Positions 41,218-53,527 of a stretch of DNA of 64,000 nt are shown piece after piece (positions within the stretch are counted from its first letter, which is position 1; every line of letters starts with the position of its first letter). The notes under the pieces were generated by a model. That model was not told the origin of the DNA and made no database searches. It saw only the letters and a program-made list of their open reading frames with translations. The stretch spans positions 8,556,001 to 8,620,000 of the forward strand of contig OX597826.1 of the NCBI GenBank assembly GCA_951406725.2. Direction: 5' to 3'. The position numbers and the translations under genes are program-made. Origin of the DNA: Octopus vulgaris (taxonomy: Eukaryota).

Positions 41218-41218
41218 T

Positions 41219-41257
<39 letters not shown>

Positions 41258-41258
41258 T

Positions 41259-41633
41259 TTCCTGGGGCTATAAACGTCACTACCACTGTTCTGTATAGGA
41301 CCCCACACTTGGTTGGCAATTATATGTCACGGTTCCGTAATACTACTATTTATATCTCGCTCAAAGATTTAATCTAGCTTATTTCTCATTTTTCGAGATC
41401 AGCAACAGTTTGTCGTTGGAAAAACTACATAGTATTTTTCGAGCGGATTAACACACGCTGTGGACGGGTAACCACCAAGAAACTCGAGTTCGTGTGTATC
41501 ACGTAAGGCTAGAGATGGGAGCGATGACCTCCCCTTGCAAACACTAATCGGACACAGAATGTGTGTCGTTAGCCAGCTGGAGGAGATGTCTTCCTGGGGC
41601 TATAAATATCAGTTGTACTGTCCTGTATAGGAC
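41259..41633 (+). mobile_element. About 1.1-unit, 332-bp-period element with hammerhead motif (copy X)
   Basis: Terminal direct repeat TTCCTGGGGCTATAAA...CTGTATAGGAC at 41259 and 41591. Hammerhead motif at 41451-41497. Confidence 0.7.
41451..41497 (+). ncRNA. Degenerate minimal type-I hammerhead ribozyme
   Basis: Stem I ACACACG/CGTGTGT, core CTGTGGA (one change from CUGANGA), damaged stem II, GAA, palindromic stem III ACTCGAGT, cleavage triplet GUU. Confidence 0.65.
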
Positions 41634-41932
41634 GCCAATTACCTTCTCTGTCTCAAAAAATAACAATCACCAATTACGTCCCCTTAGATTTTTCTATATG
41701 CTGGTTCCTTTACAAGCAAACTCTCATACAAGCAACATGGACTAGAAACTCATTAAAATAATATGAAATTGCAATATATTCACCAATTTCCCAGTCATGA
41801 TCACCGAAATACGAAACCGGTTGACTTTCATAATATCTTAAGGTATAGATTATATGCATTTTCGTTCTTTTGTTATATATTTTTTCACTTCAACTCACCA
41901 CGTGGGCAAAATCTCTTCAACGAAATTCTCTA

Positions 41933-42013
<81 letters not shown>

Positions 42014-42335
42014 GATATTATACATATAAATACATATACAAATATATTTATATATGTGTGTGTGTGTGTGTGCCTGTGCGTGTGTGTGTGTGTGTTTTAG
42101 CGCTGTGCGTGTGCCAAGCTTTTAACTGTATTCCAACTCATTTTACACGATATTAGCTTCTAATTTAAGATTAAAGTACATAATTATATTTAAAGATCAC
42201 TGCCTTGATATACTTTTCGCGTATCATCGTTTTTTCTCTATGACTCACCGTCAGAAATGTCCTCTAGAAGCTTATTATCGATAGCAGGAAGAATGCAATA
42301 AATCCAATAACGAAACCATGGGGGTTTATCGGTTG

Positions 42336-42389
<54 letters not shown>

Positions 42390-42783
42390 GTGTGTGTATG
42401 TGTGTGTGTGCGTGTGTGTGTGTGTGTGCGTGTGTGTGTGTGTGTGTGTGTTTGTCCTTTAATGTAAGTTTATCTGTTGATTGAAAATTTGTAACATGAG
42501 TAACGTGATTGAATTAGGTATTTTCAAAAGTATGTTTTAAAAATCGGGAAAATATATCTATATATAACATATATATAAAACATACATATACATATAACAT
42601 ATATATAAATATATATATATATATATACAATGTATAATAATAATAACACAAGTGCTTTGGTTTTTCTGGGAACTCCCTTTAAAGTAGAAGGAATAGCTAA
42701 GATTTTTTTTACTGCTATTTCTAAACTTCGGTGTGTGGTGAAGCAAATCGTTGCTAAACCCTAATTATATAGTATATACAATG

Positions 42784-42835
<52 letters not shown>

Positions 42836-42872
42836 TATATAACATATATATATTTATATAACATATATATTC

Positions 42873-43480
42873 TTGACGTCTATATCTAACATATAGGCTG
42901 TCCATTTTTATAGTGGTCAGTCCTCTAAATTTTGTACATAAAAAATTTTTTAATCTTCGGATTTTTTAAAAATATGCTAGGCACCTGGATTTAATTGATT
43001 AATATCAATTTCTACCCTTATTTAATTTGAAATAAAAAATATATTCTCTAACCGGTAAATTGACTGCTGTAGTTTATCAACTGCAGAGTAATTTCCGACC
43101 TCAGCGCGCCAAAGTGAAGGCATTTGAAAGATACGCATAAATATAATTTGTAGAAGTTTATACATGCTGGATTTTGGTCGAGCGTTCTGTATCTAGTCCT
43201 GGGAATTGTGTTTTGTAAACGACAGACTATGCTGATGATCTTGCAGATGTTTGCGTATCCACATACGTAAATATTAACAAGTGAAACTAATTAGTACATA
43301 GGTAATCATTTTTTTTTATTTCGTATATTTTCATTTGTCTTGCTTATTTTTACACTTCGGTTTTTTGCTGAATTTTTGTTTTTCTTGAGAACACATTCTT
43401 CGTGGAAAATGGCGATTTTGACGTCTATATCTAGCATATAGGTTGTCCATTTTTTAGTTGTCAGTCCTCTAAATCTTGTA
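42873..43480 (+). mobile_element. (TA)n-flanked element with 545-bp-period terminal direct repeat and hammerhead (Penelope-like pLTR or retrozyme-like)
   Basis: 42873-42936 is repeated at 43418-43480. Hammerhead at 43227-43301 and long hairpin at 43052-43096. Confidence 0.75.
43227..43301 (+). ncRNA. Type-I hammerhead ribozyme with intact catalytic core
   Basis: Stem I CTATG/CATAG; CTGATGA; stem II CTTG/CAAG plus 13-bp GATGTTTGCGTAT/ATACGTAAATATT with CCAC loop; GAA; palindromic stem III ACTAATTAGT; GUA cleavage after 43296. There is a U-U mismatch at the base of stem II. Confidence 0.8.
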
Positions 43481-43776
43481 TGTATATATATATATATATA
43501 TATATAATGTAAAGTATAGAAGCCATCTTAACATGGCTAACCACATAGGGGAGGGGGTATTACTGTAGCTTTATAGCCCCTGGAGATCGTCGTCTCCAGC
43601 TGGCTTTAAACACCATTTTAGTGCCCTTGAAGTATTTGCAAAGGGAGGCCATCCCTTCCTCGCAAGCCTGAGTGATACGCTCGGACTAGTTTCGGGATTT
43701 TTGTCCCTTGTCAACGGGCGGTAACCACCAGGTCGCGACCTGGTGGTTACCATGTTAAGATGGCTTCTATACTTTA

Positions 43777-43813
<37 letters not shown>

Positions 43814-43913
43814 CAAGATTTAGAGGACTGACCACTAAAAAAATGGACAGCCTACATGCTAGATATAGACGTCAAAATCGCCATTTTCCACGAAGAATAT
43901 GTTCTCAAGAAAA
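43380..43913. repeat. Nested inverted repeats (outer arms about 100 bp, inner arms about 35 bp, plus a 32-bp perfect palindrome)
   Basis: 43380-43480 pairs with 43812-43913, and 43507-43544 with 43743-43779. GGTAACCACCAGGTCG|CGACCTGGTGGTTACC lies at 43720-43751. Confidence 0.92.
43678..43720 (-). ncRNA. Degenerate minimal type-I hammerhead ribozyme (copy Y)
   Basis: CGCCCG-TTGACAA-GGGA-CAAAAA-TCCC-GAA-ACTAGT-C-CGAGCG. The core differs from CTGACGA by two transitions. Confidence 0.65.
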
Positions 43914-44573
43914 TCTCATTTTGAGATTTAATAAATATTTATTTATTTATATATATACACATATTTATATATCACATATGTTTTTATATGTGTACTTCAC
44001 ATATGAGTGTAGTTTACGTGTACGCGTGTGCGTATGTGTGCTCGCTTTGGCGTGTGTGTAACAGCTCTTTATCCATATCGTAGTGATTCGTAAAAGTGCT
44101 ACCTTCCTACTGCTTCTATCACGCTCAATACTCGCATCGACTTATGTTCATGCATTAATAATTTCTTCATTCACATTTCTCTTAATGAAATATATCAGAT
44201 TAATCTTTTGTTTTTGCTGCTTTAGTAATTGTTTTTCGTTTACATTGTAAGGATTTTTTTTTTTTTCATTCTCTTTTGTTAAATGTTCGGTTGCTTTGTT
44301 TTTAACATCTCCGATGTCTGCACGTAAAGATGAGAGATTTTTGAGCTTCTAAAAGCTAAACCTGTATTTCCTGACATTGGATTCTAACAGTGGTCATTGA
44401 CTAAGTCCTTCGTGAATTTCTTGAGGAGTTAATGGAACTTGAGTGTGGGGTTGGTAAACATAATACCTGTCAAGTTTGCAAGGGAACTGACAATATAGAA
44501 TTTCATTTTAATGTCGCAGCTAAACCTTTGAATACATTAAGATTGGGTTCCATTTGCTTGTCATATTTTGCAT

Positions 44574-44646
<73 letters not shown>

Positions 44647-45461
44647 TCATATATGCATGTGTGAGCATCTTTTATAAGAATCTGAGGTGCTCATCCTTCG
44701 TCCTTATAGACAATCTGCTTCCAAGTGTTCGTTTACACTCAAAGAAAGAATTTGGGGAAATATGAGCAGTCAATCCCACGGGTTTTCGAAATGATGTTAT
44801 GTTCGGTACATTTCGGTGTAAATACTACCCAACCATTTAATTCACGTGAATCGGTTTGTCGTATTAAAGGCTTTAGATTTATACATTCATATTAATCCTC
44901 CTTCATTCGCTGATTGCGATTTGTCCGCTTATTTTGTGCTTTCAATCTGAAAATTTTATTCTGTGCACCATTTTTTAATTTTTTTTTTTTTTTGTCTGTG
45001 ATCGGTAGGTCTTAGTGCTTCGATTTTTATGGTTATATTGTTTGTATTCTTCTGTAAGAGGCCCAGGGCACCAATTTGTAAAGACGTTTACATCAATTAT
45101 TATTGAACTGAGGTAAGAGGTTTAATACCTCATTTTGTTTTGTTTTTAAAAAATGAACAATGTTTTCGAGAATGCAACAATTGGTGGCTGTTATTTGCCT
45201 CTCCCATCAACCATTTCTTTCATTTCATCATCATCGTGTCCTCGTCCAGCCCGCAGCATTCCTTCTGTGTAATGCCTTTATGGCAAATCGAATGAAATAA
45301 AGTGTTATTTCCTAGTTGCATCTATCTAGAAATATAATCACTACCATTCCCTTTAAACTTACCTTTTGTGATCTGGACATCAATGTTTTGAAACTGACCT
45401 ATTTTCCATTACATTTCAGACAGTTCCAGCACTGAGTTGCTTAAGCAGAAATATTCTTTTC

Positions 45462-45627
45462 TAGTCTTGGAAAAAGGCCCGAAATTTGGGCACTTAATTT
45501 ATCGACCTCGAAAGGATGAAAGTCAAAGTCGACCATGGCACAATTCGAACTCAGAGCGTAAGGACAGATGAAATAACGCTAAGCATTACACCTGGTGCGC
45601 TAACGTTTCTGCCAGCTCGCCGCCTTG
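45462..45627 (-). mobile_element. SINE family A with about 17-bp TSD
   Basis: Family A body. TGCTTAAGCAGAAATATT at about 45438 and TGCTGAAGCAGAAATATT at about 45626 flank it. Confidence 0.8.
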
Positions 45628-46110
45628 CTGAAGCAGAAATATTGTTATAGCAAATATTCTGAATACCACAGATTTGCTTCTCAGTTGTTTGGCTTTAACC
45701 ATTTGAGCATGCCCCTTAGTGGCTGACAATATGTGCATGTCTGATCAAGAGCAGGAGTAATTAGGGAACATCACAGCCATGTGTTGAGAGGGATCCTTTG
45801 GGATATTGACAAATGTAACAAAAGCAAAGTTTGAAGGAAAAATTTGGAAATATTAGTAATTTTTCATATTTTCTACGGATAAGCAAACAAGAAATAGGGG
45901 TTGCTTTCCAAAGACAAAATCGGATTACACGATCTTTCCGGGTCCATAAATCTTACAGGAGTTCGAGTCCAATCAGTTTCTCATACGTTTAGTTTTTTTT
46001 ATCGTTTTAATTTTCCTATACACCGAAAACGCTTTGTGTAAATACAACCACATATTCACCATTCAACCATAAATTTAGCTGTCAATGAAGCATAATACAT
46101 AACTCAATTT

Positions 46111-46265
46111 GTGAAGGCACATGGCTCAGTGGTTAGAACATCGGGTTCACAGTCATGAGGTAGTGAGTTCGATTCCCTGACCGGGCTGTGTGTTGTGCTC
46201 TTGGACAAGACACTTTATTTTCACGTTGCTCCAGTTCACTCAGCTGCGACATCACTGGTGCCAAG
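46111..46265 (+). mobile_element. SINE head E, 3'-truncated
   Basis: GTGAAGGCACATGGCTCAGTGGTTAG...GAGTTCGATTCCC...GCTCCAGTTCACTCAGCTG. Confidence 0.85.
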
Positions 46266-46903
46266 ACACACCACATGGCAATACGCCTTGATACGAAGAA
46301 GCCGGTCGCATTATATGGCATCTAGCGGCGGAAGCCAAACTACAACGGGTTTATCTCCCAGTTGAACGTTTCCGGTTACTTTTGGGAACCCCGTCGTATA
46401 TTAAACGAAATAGACTTAAGGTGCACAATAGCACGAATATTTAAGTGCTATGTAATGTACACCAAGACACTTTTAGTTTATTGAAATTTACATCTCAGAC
46501 AAGCAGAAAAACCCTAGAAGTAATTGTTATCGACCATCAAGGAAAAGAGAAGATAACTCCATGAAATTAAGAATGAATTAAAATACTTACTGGAAATTCT
46601 GATCTTTGTTAGCGGGGAAGACGACGTCTACACCGTAGTTTCGGTTACATTGGACCTCGTCAGCGAAACTTCAGTCAAATCTATGCCTGTTTTGTCCCTC
46701 GACAAAGATTTTGGCACGTGGAAATATATTTCGAAAATTTTCAGAGTTTTTTTCCCTTTGTTTTGTTTTCATGAAGAGTAACTTTATATTTTCTAAAGAT
46801 TTTGCTCAAATTTGTATAATTTTCAAGAAAAGAATGTCCCTCTAGACTGTTATGTAATTGTTTTTATATCCTATTATATATTTATATTTTACACTTTCTC
46901 TAC

Positions 46904-46958
<55 letters not shown>

Positions 46959-47324
46959 TCTCATTCTCTCTTTTCAATCATTCTATCTTTTCCTCTTATC
47001 ACCTTACACGTACTTCCACTCCCTATCTTTCTTCTACCGTCCATTTCTGACTCTGCTCCAGTCTCATCCTTTCTCTTTCTTTTGTTGTATCTAATTTTCA
47101 ATCTTCATCACCGTCCCCGCTCCCTTTCTCTACTATCTCTCCCTCTCTGTCAGTCTCTCTCTCTGTCTCTCTTTTTCTCTCTCTTCCAGTGTTTTCCTCC
47201 TTCAGTTGTACCTTTCTCTTCAACCTTTTTATTGAGCTGAGAACAACTTGCCATTATATAATTTTTTTATTATATGTGTACACAAACACACACACACACA
47301 CACACTCTCTCTCTCACACACACA

Positions 47325-47364
<40 letters not shown>

Positions 47365-47920
47365 CACACAGAATTGCATAAGTGAATAAATACTTCACGA
47401 TGGAATTTACACTTGTTTTAACATGAAGTTACGTGTGCATGTGTGTCCCCGTTCCGTTCAGTTTGTTTCTGTTTTCTCACCTCTTTCCCCTCCTCCTCCT
47501 ACTCCTACTCTTTATTTTTTCCCTCTTCTTCTGCTTCTTATTTTTCTTCTTCTTCTTCTCCTTCTCCTTCTTCTTCTTCTTCTACTTCTTCTTCTTCTTC
47601 TTCTTTTTCTTCTTCTTCTTCTTCTGCTTCTTCTTCTCCTTCTTCTTCTTCTACTTCTTCTTCTTTTACTCTTTCTCCACCGCTTCCTTTTCCTCCTCTT
47701 TTCTTTTCTCAATCTCAAGATACTTTTTCCCCTTTTCTCCCCCCCCCCCCTTATCGAAAGAAACGGAGAGGAATTAAGCAGTTTAAATTGAATTTGTTTC
47801 TTTCGGAAGAGGCATTAAGACCGAAACACACACACACACACACACACACACATCATTCACACAGAAAAACACACACAAACACACATGCACAGGCGTATAT
47901 ACACGTATTAATATGTGTGC

Positions 47921-47965
<45 letters not shown>

Positions 47966-48059
47966 CATACATGTATATATATATATATGTACATACATGT
48001 TGACATATACACATATACACATATATGCTTAGATATACCTATACATGTGAGTGTGTCTG

Positions 48060-48114
<55 letters not shown>

Positions 48115-48888
48115 ACACCTTAAATATATATATTATATATACATACAATCGCACACAAGCATATATGGACGGGCACACTGCATCGCCACTGCCGTTGCTG
48201 CTGTTGCTAGCGTTGCTGTCTTTGTGGCTGTTGCTATCTTTTCTTGACTTTGAGAAAACCTACAAATAGTGCAATTGGAATTACTGACGAGGAGCAGTGT
48301 TTACCGAATTTCGACAAGGCGAACTTTTCCAACGCCGATTGTATTTCCTTGTTACCAGATGAAGTCGGTTTTTGCTCGTTTCTTTTTTCGTTTGTTTGGG
48401 GTTTTTTTTTAATGTTTTCTTTTTTTTTTTGGGGTGGGGTTTTGTTGTTTTGTCCGTTAATTTTATTCTCTTCGATTTCATTCTTGCGAAAGAAGTGCTT
48501 CTTGTCGTTGTAGTTGTTCTTGGCGTTTTTGCTGTTGTTATTGTTGTTGCTGTTCAAGTCGATACTCCTGTTGCTCTTCCTCGTCACCATCTTCTCTTTT
48601 CTTCGCTTCTTCTTCTTCTTCTTCTTCTTCTTCTTCTTCTTCTTCTTCTCATTCTTATTCTTATTCTTTTCTTTCTTATTCTTCTTCTTCTCTTTCTTCT
48701 TCTTCTTCTTCTTCTTCTTCTTCTTCTTCTTCTTCTTCTTCTTCTCCTTCTTCTTCTTTTCTTTCTTTCTTTCTTTCTTTCTTCCTTTCTTTTTAGTTAT
48801 GTTGCTTTTTCTGCTATCATTTATTTAAAGTTGTTAGGGTATTTCTTAGTCCTTTGTGTATTTTGGGTTGCTTTCCTTATATTCTTTC

Positions 48889-48952
<64 letters not shown>

Positions 48953-49190
48953 GTTGTTGTTGTTGTTGTTGTTGTTCTTGCTGTTGTTGTTGTTATACTG
49001 TTGCTACTTTCTATAGTTGGTATTGTTATTGTTCTTGATGTTACTGTCGACGTCGTTTTCTTCTTCAGCCGTCATTCACCAAACTAAGCAGCAGTTGTTT
49101 GCTTCTATTATGCAATAGTAGTAGTAGTAGTAGTAGTAGTAGTAGCAGCAGCAGCGACAGTCGCAGCGGCAGCAGCAGCAGCAGCAGTAA

Positions 49191-49223
<33 letters not shown>

Positions 49224-49236
49224 CAGCAGTAGCAGC

Positions 49237-49286
<50 letters not shown>

Positions 49287-49365
49287 CAGCAGCAGTAGCA
49301 GCAGTAGTAGCAGTAGTAGTAGTAGTAGTAGCAGCAGCGGCGATAGCAAGAGCGGTAGCAGAAGC

Positions 49366-49405
<40 letters not shown>

Positions 49406-49438
49406 ACAGCAGCAGCAGCAGCAGCGGTAGTAGTAGTA

Positions 49439-49482
<44 letters not shown>
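48889..49482. repeat. Trinucleotide arrays (TAT)n, (TGT)n and compound (AGT/AGC)n
   Basis: Direct inspection. These produce the spurious poly-Ser, poly-Leu and poly-Thr ORFs. Confidence 0.95.
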
Positions 49483-49484
<2 letters not shown>

Positions 49485-49969
49485 GTGTTGTTTTGTGTTG
49501 TTTCGTATTGTCCCTGATGTTTGTATTATATTTTGGTATTTCCAATGTTTGTTAATTTCCATGTATGTTTTTTCTTGTTTTTTTTTCTTTATATTTGTTC
49601 TATTCTTTCAATGTTTCCTATTTTGCAAGTTTCATTTCACTTTTATTTTCAGTCGCTCTAAAGCTACAGAGAAGAAAAACGTTTGCAAAACGGCATGTAA
49701 AACGTCCATCAATTCGTTGACTTTTCTTTCCGCCATTTTCTTTATCCCACAAAGTGTGTGTTTGTGTGTACATATATGTATATATATATGTGTGTGTGTG
49801 TGCGCGTGTGTGTTTTTATGTATGTATGTATGTATGTATGTATATATATATACGTACATACATGCACACACATATATAGAGATATATATATACTTATGAA
49901 TGTACAATTATGTATATATACATATATACCATACACATATACATTTATATATGTATGTATATATATATG

Positions 49970-50030
<61 letters not shown>

Positions 50031-50183
50031 ACATATATATAGGTACATAAATGCATATGTATGTGTTCATGTGCATATGTGTGTGTATTTATGTATGTGA
50101 ATCTCTCTCTTTGTCTCTCTCTCTCTCTCTCTCTCTGTATGTATGTGTGTGTGTGTAGAAGTATATATATATATATATATATA

Positions 50184-50224
<41 letters not shown>

Positions 50225-50888
50225 TACATATGTTTATATATATATACACATATGTTTACATATATACAGGCGCATATATATATATACACACACACATACA
50301 CATGTATGGTCAATTGTTTGTTTGTTGGTTTACGCTATTCTCTTCTTCAGCTGTCTTTTCCTTATTCCAGCGTCTTGTTCAATATCTGTAAAGAAGAAAT
50401 GGCGTACGACACATTTGGAATCACATACACCAACTCATTCACTAAAATAAACACATTCTCCCATCTGCACAAGCATTTTTTTTTTCTGTTCTTTTCAGCT
50501 CCACAAACTAAATGCATTTACACAAAACGTATGCCACTCACATTTATTCAACGCTTTTATCTTCGTACTTTATCTTATGTTTCTTTTTTAATTATATGAG
50601 TTCTTCCGAGATAGAAGGAGTTGGTTCCTAGCATAGAAACAAAAATTCCATCGCTGGAATTGAGATAAGAACAACGATAAACACTTACATGTTGAACTTT
50701 AGAAACGTCTTACATATTTTTTTCCTTTTTGTTTTGTTTTTTTTCGTCTTTCTGATTGTATTTACAAAGTGAGTGTTAGCTGTTAGCTGGTCATTTTCTG
50801 CGCCTGAAAACAACCAGCTTCGTGTAGATTGCCACTTAGACCTTTGTTAACATAGATAAGTACGCCAATAACTATGCATACGCAGAGA

Positions 50889-51050
50889 TGCAGGCGTAGT
50901 GGTGTGGTAAGAAGTTTGCTTTCCAAGCACATGGTTCCGGGTTCAGTCGCACCGAGTGGCATTTTGAGTAAGTGCCTTCTTCTACAGCTCCGGGGAGACC
51001 GATGCCTTGTGAGTGGATTTGGTCGATGGAAACTGTCAGGCTTCTGCGTG
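50889..51050 (+). mobile_element. SINE family B 5' half
   Basis: CACATGGTTCCGGGTTCAGTC...GCCTTGTGAGTGGATTTGGT. Confidence 0.8.
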
Positions 51051-51198
51051 ACATAATTTAATATAGTTGAACCTCTGAATTACAGAAGAATTCCATAGAA
51101 ATATACGCAAGAGATAAAAGCTCCGGAAGATGAAGAGCAAAGTTGACGTTGGTAGGATTTGAACGCAGAACGTAAAGAACTAATCCAACACTGTATAT

Positions 51199-51566
51199 AG
51201 GAGCACTCCGTCGGTTGCGACGATGAGGGTCCCAGCTGATACGATCAACGGAACAGCTTGCTCGTGATATTAACGTGCATGTGGCTGAGCACTCCATAGA
51301 CACGTGTACCCTTAACGTAGTTCTCGAGGAGATTCAGCGTGACACAGATGTGTGACAAGGCTGGCCCTTTGAAATACAGGTACAAGAGAAACAGGAAGAA
51401 AGAGTGAGAGAAAGTTGTGGTGAAAGAGTACAGCAGGGTTCACCACCACCACCCGCCGGAGCCTCGTGGAGCTTTAGGTGTTTTCGCTCAATAAACACTC
51501 ACAATGCCCGGTCTGGGAATCGAAACCGCGAGTCCGCTGCCCTAACCACTGGGCCATTGCGCCTCC
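51199..51566 (-). mobile_element. SINE head C plus tail T2, with TSD
   Basis: Head at 51500-51566. Tail AGGAGCACTCCGTCGGTTGCGACG is shared with 59978. ATCCAACACTGTA flanks both sides (about 51183 and 51567). Confidence 0.92.
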
Positions 51567-52369
51567 ATCCAACACTGTAACGATTCTGTCAAGGCACCGA
51601 TACGATATGTCATGGAATGACAGTATTTTTGATATGTTACCTACTAATTCCATTGAAAGACAATTCGTCCGCTACCAGCTCTCATCTGACACACACTCTC
51701 ACCTGTGGATTCATGAATTGATTCCCCCACGGTACTGCTCCACGTCCTGACTAACGCATTGGCGGGTCAGCTAAACGAAGTGAGGGGTTACACGCCTGTT
51801 TTAAACTCTCGGTGAAATCCCTCAAGTAACTTGTCACGCACTGCATATGAAGACTAGATTTCAGGAGGACTGTTCGAAGGAAACTCAACAAATAATCTTC
51901 AAATTTCACAGAAGTATGAGAGATGTTTACTTCACGGCGGGGCATGTACCTCAGCGTACGTTGAGGTGCGAAGATACTTCTTGTTACTCTCCTGCAACTT
52001 CCGTTATGCTTTCTGTAGTCTCTATCTTGCTATTAGTCCCGATAATCAGATACAACAAACTAAAGTAAGCCGTCATGCTAAGTTTCCTACTCATCTATGA
52101 TTCAAGCCTCCACGCCATTTAAGACTCGAAATTTTTCAAACCACAAACAAACAACGGAATTTTTGTTGCAATGGTCGGTGTAAGGTGTGTATCAGCGACA
52201 ATAAAATGCCGCCACGTCTGTAGTTTCACCCGTTCTGTTAACAGAGGTAAGGTTTAGTGTAGGAGTAAGCAACCGTGAGTCTAATACTTTCCTTCATGGC
52301 TTCCGTATGGCCTGCGTTCTCGATATTCTTTGAGGAACGTTGTCAGTACCTAAGAAATGTAAATATCGA

Positions 52370-52561
52370 TCGGCAATTTCAGAGGAGTGAGTAAGTTGAT
52401 AACATCGAGCTCGGTATTCAACTGGTACTGATTTTATTGACCCCGAAAGGATGAAAGACAAAGTGGTCTTGGCTGAATTTGAACTTAGAACGTAAAGACG
52501 GACGAAGAAATACCGCTAAACATTTTGCCCGGCGTGTTAAAGTTTCTGCCAGGTCACTGCC

Positions 52562-52563
<2 letters not shown>
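52370..52563 (-). mobile_element. SINE family A
   Basis: GACCCCGAAAGGATGAAAGACAAAG...GAATTTGAACTTAGAACG. Confidence 0.8.
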
Positions 52564-52655
<92 letters not shown>

Positions 52656-52683
52656 TAATAATAACAATAATAATAATAATAAT

Positions 52684-53276
52684 AGGCTTCTGATCTTAAC
52701 TGATTGGGAGTGTTATCGAATGCCCTGATGCAGTACCAGGCAGAGGCTCTCATGGCTTCTGATCTTAACTGATTGGGAGTGTTATCATATACATTGTTCT
52801 GTCTTGGTATAAAAGATGGGCTACAGCAAATATTCTGCTCAATACCACAGATTTGCTTGTCAGTTGTTTGACTTTAACCAGTTGAGCACGTCCCTTAGTG
52901 GCTGACGATATGTGCATCTCTGATCACGAGCAGAAGTAGTGGGGGAGCATCATAGCCATGTGTTGAGAGGGATTCTTTGGGGTTTGAATAATTCACCTCT
53001 GGAGACATGGGTGGGTTTTTCAACATCCTTAAACAACCCTTATTCAGGGACCGTTTGAGCGGGATGGGCTACTCAACCTGAAGAAAATTCTAACTGGGCC
53101 CCACCTGCAAGGTCATGTGCAGTTTATCTTGATATGAGATCACCATGCCGCGCACATATGGTTGTGATGCATGTGCCTGGTATGCCCTTATCAGACGGGT
53201 AGTCATGATGGGTATATTGGGCATCGTATATTTTACCCCAGTGTCACTTTGATGGCATGAACTGCTCTCTCACTCA
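52684..53276 (+). mobile_element. Interspersed repeat bounded by (AAT)n on both sides, probably the 3' UTR of a microsatellite-targeting LINE (fragment also at 45645-45805)
   Basis: Second copy in the window shares AGCAAATATTCTG...CAGATTTGCTT...CCTTAGTGGCTGAC...GCCATGTGTTGAGAGGGAT. A 33-bp 5' duplication lies at 52684 and 52754. Confidence 0.7.
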
Positions 53277-53321
53277 ATAATAATAATAATAATAATGATG
53301 ATGATGATGATGATGATGAAT

Positions 53322-53527
53322 GATTTCAAATTTTGGCACAAAGCCAGCAAAATTGGTGTAAGGGTGAATCGATTACGTCGACCCCAGTGATCAACTGGTA
53401 ACTTATTTTATCGATCCCGAGAGGATGAAATGCAAAGTCAACCTCGGTGGAATTTGATCTCAGAACGTACAGAACGGATGAAATTTCGCAAAGTACTTTA
53501 CAAACGATTCTGTCAGCTCGTCGCCTA
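53322..53527 (-). mobile_element. SINE family A
   Basis: TCGACCCCAGTGATCAACTGGTA...GGATGAAATGCAAAGTCAACCTCGGTGGAATTTG. Confidence 0.8.

Noticed and set aside
41523-41590. SECIS-like pattern ATGA-CCTCCCCTTGC-AAA...GGAGGAGAT (some Naiad elements are reported to have SECIS)
   Set aside because: The apical region is too long and the GA quartet is out of register. CTCCC pairs better with the upstream GGGAG, and ATGA is not kept in the other two copies. A SECISearch run would settle it.
48284-48312. CTGACGA...CCGAA hammerhead candidate or possible exon in a unique island
   Set aside because: GAA is followed by T, with no stem III or stem I. Splice signals are unconvincing and there is no recognisable peptide.
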